From the NCBI GenBank assembly GCA_051453625.1, contig JBOZIK010000001.1, positions 16,612,135 through 16,676,134 on the forward strand: 64,000 bases of DNA. Direction: 5' to 3'. Below are positions 55,165 through 64,000 of the stretch, piece after piece. Position 1 is the first letter of the stretch. Every line of letters begins with the position of its first letter. Under the pieces are notes generated by a model. That model had not been told where the DNA came from. It did not search any database and saw nothing but the letters and a program-made list of their open reading frames with translations. This DNA comes from Welwitschia mirabilis. Lineage: Eukaryota. Position numbers and translations under genes: made by a program.

Positions 55165-56260
55165 GTCTTCCCAAATTTCATAAGTTAAAGTTATGTTTTC
55201 ATCTTTTACTACCTTTAAATCAAATATTAATTGAGTATACTTCACTAAAGTGGTAGTTAAGTCCTTAATTAAGTTAGTTGAATTACCTCTCTCCTTCTTT
55301 ATCATGTTTTAATTTCTTTAAGTATTTTATGATTTAGCTTATAATTTGATTTTCCTTAGTGGATTTTAGTCAATTTTGACTTATCTCTTTTAAATTTTCC
55401 AACACACTCCATGCATCTTCTAAGAGTAAGTTCATCAAGTTGCCACCACAAGAAAAGCCTACAAGTTGTTTAGTTTGACTATTCAATCCATTATAGAAAT
55501 AATCAACTAATTCTTTTTTATATCAACATAGTTGGAATGATTTGCTATGATAAAAAGTTCATATGTTATGGCATAATCCTTGTGAGGTTATTATTTAAAG
55601 TTGGTAACTTTCTTTCTTCTTTTTTACATGGTACTTTCATTCAAAAATATTTCGATAAAGACTTATTACACTTAACTCCATGATTTAAGACTCTATGTGC
55701 AATACTTTTGAGCTAAAGTTTTTTTCCTTCTTCTAAGTATGACTAGAAAAATATTTAAGTAAGCATGATCACTAATATGTTTATTTTCATTCCCTAAGAT
55801 AAGCACATATTATTCAATATTAGCTATAGATGTTGAAAAGGGTCTTCCTCATGTTCCCCTAAAAATGTTAGATAGGCACTTAAATTTTTTAATTCTACAT
55901 CATTATTAGGAGGTAAATAAAAAGTATTCTGAATTTCACATTTTCTATTAGTGATTAAATCTCTAAAAGTAACATTTGCATTTGAAATAGAAGTTCCTAT
56001 TATGATTGATGTATTAAACGAAGTGACTAACATAGTTGAAGAAGAAATGATACGATCTACTTCTATGCTATAATTTTCTTTTGCAAATCTAATTTTGAAA
56101 TAATAAAAGAAAAAAAGTCTTCTTCTTTAATTTTTGAAATTTACATACCTAGAATGTTTATACTTGGAGTTTGCTTGAAATTGAATAATCCTTCTTTGAT
56201 ATTAACTTTAATCAAGTTTGGATCTTTTTGATATTTTATCTTTATACCATAATTCATCAT
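55165..56260 (-). pseudogene. gag: 5' gag remnant of copy D, resuming after the insertion
   Basis: LSAYLTFLGEHEEDPFQHL (ORF 55824-56033); colinear with 37836-38930. Confidence 0.85.
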
Positions 56261-56710
56261 AGCCTTGCATATCTTAAATAGCAAACAAAAATCAAAATAA
56301 AAAACAATTAACTATCATCCACTTGGTCTTAGGGGTAATAGTAGAGGCGATAATTACAATAGTAGAAAAGTAAACTAAGATAAAAATTATTGTAAGTAAA
56401 AAAAGTAGACTATTGTCTAGGCTATCAAGGGGACAATAGATAAGATGATATTACATTTATTACTAATTTATAGATAGAAAAAAAATTTGTAGAAAAGAAA
56501 ATAAATTTGAAAATTTAGAACTATCGTTCCTAATGTCATTGGGATGACTGAAAGAATGACAGTGATATTTAATAATATATAAAATAAAAATTACTAAAAT
56601 AAACCTACTTAAACTATGCTAAAAATATAGTACTATTTCAAATAAATAATCTAAACTGAAATTTAGGATACTTATCTAGATAGTGATAAGCCTTTATCTT
56701 CTTATAACAT

Positions 56711-56728
56711 TCCTTAGCAATAGCACCA
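56711..56728 (-). promoter_or_regulatory. Degenerate Athila-type PBS
   Basis: tccttagcaatagcacca, identical to 26683-26700. Confidence 0.85.
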
Positions 56729-56731
56729 AAA

Positions 56732-58066
56732 TGTTATGGTTGAATTTATGCAATCTTTAAGTCATCAGGCAAAACCTATAAATTATAATACTTACAGAAA
56801 GCACACTCTAGTATAGATAGGATTTAACCTAAATGTTGTAATTAATAAAGGCACTAAGTTAGAAGATAGAAAATTGATTTCATAAGGTATTTTTAATCTT
56901 TTTTATTTCAATAAATGAAAGTAAACAAGAATGTAAATGTAATGTAAAATAAATGATGGTAAAATGCAAATGGATGAAATGCAAGTAAGATGAGCTCTAT
57001 TTNNNNNNNNNNNNNNNNNNNNNNNNNNNNNNNNNNNNNNNNNNNNNNNNNNNNNNNNNNNNNNNNNNNNNNNNNNNNNNNNNNNNNNNNNNNNNNNNNN
57101 NNGAGATGAGTTCTATTTGGATTCTAATCCTCCTATCATAAGAACTAGTTCTTTATAATTTAGATTAATTAGAAAGAGTACATCACTTATTCCTAACAAC
57201 ATAAACTATAAGTTATCCTAAAGAGAATATGCAAATATGAAATGAAATAAAGGAAAAACCTTAACAAAAGTTGCTATTATGATCTAAATAAACTATAGAA
57301 CTATTATTTAACTATAACCAACTTAAATTATAAGGGATATTTACACAATAGTAGTAAAAAGAATAATTGAATTAATCATGAACTTTTTGATCCACTTACA
57401 ATAAAGTAGTATCATCTTAATGGAAGATACTTAGCTCAACTCCAAGATAAGCTTCTCCCTATAGCTACTAGATGGACCTCTTATCCATCAATCTTCTGAC
57501 ATAAGAACATTGGGTATAATAGATGAAAAAAAAGTGGAGGAAAGGAAGGGTATTTATAATTTCACATTGAATTTCTAGAATCTCAACACTAAGAGTTGGA
57601 GAAGAAACCCTAGTAGACTATATGGGTCGTATGACTCCATTACAAAGTAATTCTTTCCATCCATGAAAAATAGCTATCATCTTAACTATCATGGGGATAA
57701 TAATGGGGATGTCACTCCACATTAAAAGATGGTTCATTAGCTTTAAGCTCCACATTCACCTCTGTAGACTTCATTCATGTCAGCAATTATGTCATCTTAC
57801 CTACCATGAGAATGACAAAGGGGAAGATAGGCTTTTCTATCTTTTATCTCAAAGAGAAATTAGTCTTCTATATGCTAAATCCTTCTTTCAAAGTATGAAG
57901 TATTAGAATAAGCCTGAGATACTTCCAAATATGCTAAGAATTACATGTTTTGATGATCATCCTATCATTCCTCTATAATCATCAAAATTACATCCAAACC
58001 TGTATAAATTTCTTGTAAAATTACTCAAAATAAACCATCAGATTCTTATAAATTAGCATCATAACA
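56732..58066 (-). mobile_element. LTR E, shared between two tandem units (contains a 100-N gap)
   Basis: tgttatggttgaatttatg...cataaca, PBS left, tagccttctacttagcc right. Confidence 0.88.
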
Positions 58067-60134
58067 TAGCCTTCTACTTAGCCTTGTTAGTCTTTAACAA
58101 AGTGAGTAATTAACTATATTACAATCCAATTTGACTAACATAAATAGCAACTAAAAAAATGTAATTTGAGTTCAATTTTACCATGTAGGAATAGATATTA
58201 AAGACTAATTAACTAACATAAATACTGATGTATTCATAATCCCTTCACTTAAATACATCATAGTAGAATAAATAAATGTTACACACATATAAAAATTATA
58301 AAATATAATAATGATAGCTTAAAAAATAATAATGTGTATACATAATGTGAGATAGTATTATTGAAACTAATGTAAAATACTTAAGCAGTTATAATCTCTA
58401 AAGAAGAATGTATCTAAAGTTCATTAATGTATTTTACAAGGGATAAAGTATAAGAGTAAACATAGCATTCTTTTCTTTTAGATGATCTAAGACATAACTA
58501 TAGGAAAACACTATGAGTGTGCTACTATTATTTTATTAAATAAAGTTCATAAAATTTATTTAAGTAACATGAAATGATATTTAAATAACTCATCATAAAT
58601 ATGTATTGTAAAAGCTAAAACATGATCCTTCTAAACTTAAAATGTTTACTCAATATCTCAGAAGAATTCTTAAAAAGGTATCTTGCCCTCCCCATAGGTA
58701 AAGCAAGATGTCCTAGATTACACAGGGTCAAAAGAATAATTGTCATCATCCTAGCTATCATGGGGATGATAGTTGTGGGATGACAGCGACTAAATAAGTT
58801 ATTTGAAAAGATAGGAAAAACCATAAAAGATCTAAAAGTAAGAAAATAGTTGAAAAATAGTAGAAAGAAAGTAAACAGTAAAGAACTATCCTAAAAAACA
58901 TGAACATGATGAAAAGAGATCTATGGAAAAAGAATGTTAAAGAGGAGAAAATGCATAAAGTAGAAGAAAGTAATGCTTAAAAGAACTCCTCAAATGTGTC
59001 TAAACTCAGTAAGCCTGGAAAAGTAAGGATTGAAACTCAAAAGGTATCATTATCATCTATCAAAAAGAGAAACAACAACCCTTATGAACAGAAGCTATGA
59101 GTAAGTAAGAAGAAACTTCTAAATGATCAAATCCACAATCTTATTTTGAAAAAGTATGAAAATGACTGAAAAACCAATAAAATAACTAAAGAAAAGCAAA
59201 ATGAAAATAAAACTAGGAACATAAAGAAGATTATTTACTTACCATAAATTCTAAGCCAACAAATTCCCTTGGTAAGAATTATAAAATCAGCTAATGAAAA
59301 ATGCATGACAAGAGGTAAAAAATAATAAAGTTCTATTCAAATAGGCAATGATTAGGATGATGTCAAGTATGTCTAATGTTATTAGATAATAAATGATAAG
59401 ATAAAAATCTGAGGAAATATGAATTGACTAGCTTACATATGAAAACAACTCTAGAATCCAAAAATGTAGAATGATCATATGGAAGTACTATATGCAAAAA
59501 GGAGGTTAGAAAATAAACAATGCCTCTGATGATACTAAGGAATCACTAATATTATAGCCTTTAAGTAAAATCTTATTCTATATAATGAGGGGAGTGTAAC
59601 CACTATCAAAGAACTCGTATATCATGACTAATTGACCCCCTAGTGAAGTTTTCATAACTACCATACTGCATTGTCAAAGGCCCCTCTTAGGAAGATTTGC
59701 CCAAGTGTGCTTAATGTATGAAATCATAATGATTATGTTTTTACTTTATATATGAAAGAGTATGGTCCTAACTTCGTTTCTTTTTTCCTTCTATATATAT
59801 ATATATTTTTTTTAGTAAAAAGAGAGATTCCACATGACTAAGTACTCATAAGAATAAAAGTGAAGTAATGAGATGAGAAACAAGCAAGAACCTGTAAAAA
59901 TAACTAATTAGTCATACCATTGAAAGAGAACAAAAGAACCAAGACATATTCCTTCAGAATAAAGTTCATAGATATATGAATGTCTTAAAATTAGGTGAAT
60001 CTAATCTTATCATCTTAAAATATCTAAGTAAATGATTACTAATCATGGTAAATTCATAAAGTAATACATGAGTTAAGTTAAAGATATTCAAGTGATAACA
60101 TGATGTCTACCCAAGGAATGAGTTAATAAGAAAT

Positions 60135-63100
60135 TTAGATAATGACAAGAGAAAAGTATTTCTCATTAAGAGGGGCTTCCAAGACAAGTGCTTCTATCAT
60201 GTTTAAAGTTTTATTAGTAGATGACTCATAAATTTTTAACCTTTATCCATTAACTTTTTGAATTTTCTTAGTGTTTGGATCAGAGGCTTTAACTATGCCA
60301 TTAGAATATAATTTTGCTATAATATAAGGACCTAATTATTTAGAGGTTAACTTGTTTTATAAAAGGTGTATCTGAGTATTATATAAAAGAACAGTTGACT
60401 AGGTTTAAATTGCTTATAAAGAATCTTTTTATCATGTTTGAACTTAGCTTGAGCTTTATGAATGAGTTGATAATGTATGGCATAAGTACATTTTTCATCT
60501 AAATGGTCAATTTGGACTAATTGAGTTTTAAGATTTTTGTCCAAGTTTACAAGATTAAGTTAATGGATGAATCGATAAGAGTTATAGCAAACATCAAATG
60601 ACAAGACATAAAATTTCTTGTATAGAATTTCATATGGTTAGAAACCTAGAGAGTTGTACCAAGTTTTATAGTAATCCTAAAGAACATCATTAAGTTTAGA
60701 GGACCACATTTTTTTATCGATAAAGACTAACTTTAGAACATCTTTTTAACTTCTTTATTAGTGTTTTCAGCTTAGCCATTAGTTTAGAGATGATAAGCAC
60801 ATCTAATTCTATTTTTAATGCTAATAGATAAAAGAATTTTTTGAAAAAGATGATTAATGAAATGAGTTTTTTTATCATTAACAATGATTCTTAGAAAATA
60901 AAAACATTGAAAAATATGAGTTTGAACAAAATTGTAAATGGTTCAAACATCATTTTTGGTAGTAGGAATAGCTTTGACCACTAAATTAATTAATGGCCAC
61001 CAAGATAAAAAATTTTTCATGAGAAGGTGGTTTTATAGGGCCTATAAAGTCAATTCTCTAATAATTAAAATGTTCATGTTTAAGCATAGTTTTAAGAAAC
61101 ATATCTTGAGAATGAGTAAGGCTATCATAACTTTGACAGGCATCACACCTTCTAGCAAATTCAATAAAATTTTTAAAAAGAGTAGGCTAATAAAATCTAG
61201 AGTGAAGAATTTTCATGATAATTTTTTGGTCACTAAAGTATTCCTCACATACCCCAATGTGGTAAAGTTTAAGAATTTCTAAGCTTTTCCACTCAGGCAC
61301 ATACCTATACATGATTTAGTCTTTGCATCTTATATAAATATGGGGTTCATTCCATTCATAGTCATCGATCCCTTGGATAAAATATTTGCTTTAGTTATGA
61401 TTTCAATGCTAAGGCATTTTCATAGTAATAAGGTAGTTCACAATATCAGCATACCAAGAAGTAAGTTGAGTAGAATAAATGATGTAAATTTATTCAATAA
61501 TAAATAGTTATTCATTGGAAAAGGAGTTGTTTATAGGAAGTTCATCATAAATAAAAGAACACTGAGATAAGTGATCTGCAGTGTTATTATGTTTTTCAGC
61601 TTTATCGATGGTGAGAATGAATTCTTGCATGAGAAGGATGCACCTAACAAGTTTGACACTAGAATCTTTCTTAGTCATAAGATAGCATATGATTGCATGA
61701 TCTATGTAAACATTTATTTGAAAGCCAAGAAGATAATGTTGAAGATGATCAAGGTAAATAATAATGATAAGTATTTCACTCTTAGTAGTAGTGAAGTTGG
61801 ATTGAACTTGGAACAAAGTTTTACTAAGATAGAATATGACTTTAAAATCATTTTTATATTTTTAGCCAAAAACCTCACCTATAGTAATTTTGCTTACATT
61901 ACACATAAGTTTAAAATCTTTAATTCAATCAAATCCATGACAATAGGTTCAAAAGAAATATTTTCCTTAAGTGTATTAAATGCAATTTGACATGAATCAT
62001 TCCAATTAAATTTAGTATCTTTTTCAAGTAATAGATAAAGGGGTTTACAAACCTTATCATAATCATGAATAAAATAATGATAAAAACCAGCATAACTAAG
62101 AAATGATCTAACTTGTTTAACATTAGTTGGAGTGCTAAGGTTTTTAATGATATCAAATTTTGTAGGATCCATCTTAATCCCTTTCTTCAAAATGTGATGA
62201 CCTAAACATGTTTAACAAGGATTAAACTCTTTTTCCAACTCAAATATAGGCCACTCTCTATACATTAATTCAAGAATTTCTCTAATCTTTCTATGGTTTT
62301 TTTAAAGATTTCACCAAAGTTGAAGAAGTCATTTATAAGATTTTAATAGAATCTTCTATCATGTCAAAATTAATCCTTATCATTTCTTGTTGAAAATTTC
62401 TAATGACATTGCAAAGTATAAAGGGCATTCTCTAAAGGCAAAGATTCCAAAGGGTAAGGTAAAGATTGTTTTGGCTTTGTCTTCACTTACTATGCAAACT
62501 TGATTATGGTAACTATACCGATTAAAAAAATAATAGTAGGCATAACCTTATATTATATTAAGTACTTGATTAAAAAAGTCTAAAGGACAATTATCTTTTT
62601 TATTGATCTCATTAAGTTTTCTAAAATCAATGCACATTCTTCATTTTTTACTCATTTTGGGAACTACTACTAAAGGGTTAAACCACTTACTATTGATATA
62701 GCATATATGATCTTGACATCCATAAGTTTAAAAATTTCATCTTTAACAATTATTAGACTATAGAAAAAGGGATGGCAACTAAGTCTTTATGGATCTAAGC
62801 AAAGGTATCTTCTTTAGAATTTAAGAGTGACATGAAGTTGGATTCTTGTTGAGGAGTAAGAAGTTCACTTATTATCAAGGGTTTCTTAATATTATTAGAT
62901 AGAAAAATGTATTTCATACCTTTAGGCAATTTCTTAAGTTCTAAGTTGGAATTTTCCATTATCGTCCTATCTGTCATGGATATGATAGACATCGGATGAT
63001 ACTCTTCAAAAATGTATACTAATAAATAAGCATGTTTAGTTTCCTCCTAATTGACATATTCCTTATTCTCAAACCCAAAATAGTGTATTTCAATAAGGTT

Positions 63101-64000
63101 ATCATACAAAGTTGGTTTTTATAGCATTATCAATCTCTTCTTAATTGGCTAATGTTGTAAAAACAAGGTTGATTTAAGTTCTTCTTATAAATTAAACTCA
63201 TCTCCCATGTTTGTTTTAGTGGAATCAAAAACTCGAATGGTAAACTTCTTATTTCCTATATAACATTCCATCATTATAGTCTGTGTATCAATAATACAGT
63301 GGGCAATTGCATAAAAGGCTCTTTCTAAGAATAGTGGATAACCTCCATCATGTTCTACCTCAATGATGACCACATCTATGGGATAAAAAGATTTTTTAAT
63401 TTGGATGACTAGGTTCTTAATAATTCCTAATAGTTTCTTAATTAAAGTATCAACTAACTCTAAGATAATTCATGTAGGTTCTATTCTATTTTCTAACCTA
63501 AGTCTTTTACATATGTAAAGAGGTATGATGTTAACACTAGATCCTCTGTCAATTAAAGATTTTTCAATTCTTTTATTTCCTTCCATGGTGATATTAATAG
63601 TTGCTACTCTAGAATCTTTAAATTTAGGACACTTTTTCATGACTAATTTGAAAATAGATTGATCAAAAAAAAATTTTCTAGGAATGGTACATTTTTATTT
63701 TCTTCTTACTAGGTATTTCCACAACTTAGAATATTAAGAATTCTCTTGTAAGAGTTTCTAAAAAGATAAGTTGATGTTTAATTCTTACATCAAGGTTTTC
63801 AAATGCTCCTCAAACATAGGATTCATGTTTAACCTATCAAGCTAAGAAGTAGATGGTTTCTTTCCTTTGTTTTCTTGTAAAGAATTTTAATGGTTGTTTT
63901 AGCATGTGATGTTAATGGAAAGTTGTACGAGTCCAAAATTTCTACATCATTTTCCTCATTACTTTTTTTATTATTTTTGGAAGTTGAAACCCCATGGGTA
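60135..64000 (-). pseudogene. pol: Decayed pol and 3' gag of copy E, runs off the window
   Basis: GIKMDPTK...PTNVKQVRSFLSYAGFY, NFTTTKSEIL...YIDHA...LLMQEF (RH), LELKKLPKGMKYIFL (PR-RT linker). Confidence 0.9.

Noticed and set aside
1-64000. Assignment to a particular species or to a centromere
   Set aside because: TE content indicates plant heterochromatin-like DNA, but nothing in the window is diagnostic for taxon or centromere function.

Overview
Eukaryotic, most likely land-plant, repeat DNA. It is very AT-rich, CpG-depleted and broken by many N gaps. I see no intact host gene, RNA gene or CRISPR array. Most of the window (9.2-64 kb) is decayed Ty3/Gypsy LTR retrotransposons of the Athila type, shown by a degenerate tRNA-Asp-type PBS (TGGCGCCGTTGCCGGGGA), PR-RT-RH-INT order, an FMDD RT motif and a WxGPY...VNGQRLK integrase tail. 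From 17481 onward the minus-strand copies form a head-to-tail tandem array. Single ~1.2 kb LTRs (26704, 39397, 56732) have a PBS on one side and the next copy's PPT on the other, with a unit of about 9.2 kb. The array's left end sits in a CACTA transposase remnant, and one unit carries a nested, oppositely oriented sister element (47568-55159) with a 5-bp TSD. The left 1-7 kb holds remnants of a second, tRNA-iMet-primed (Tekay/Del-like) family, plus small tandem repeats. All coding regions are pseudogenised, mostly by C>T/G>A changes. Coordinates were read by eye, so internal domain borders are approximate.
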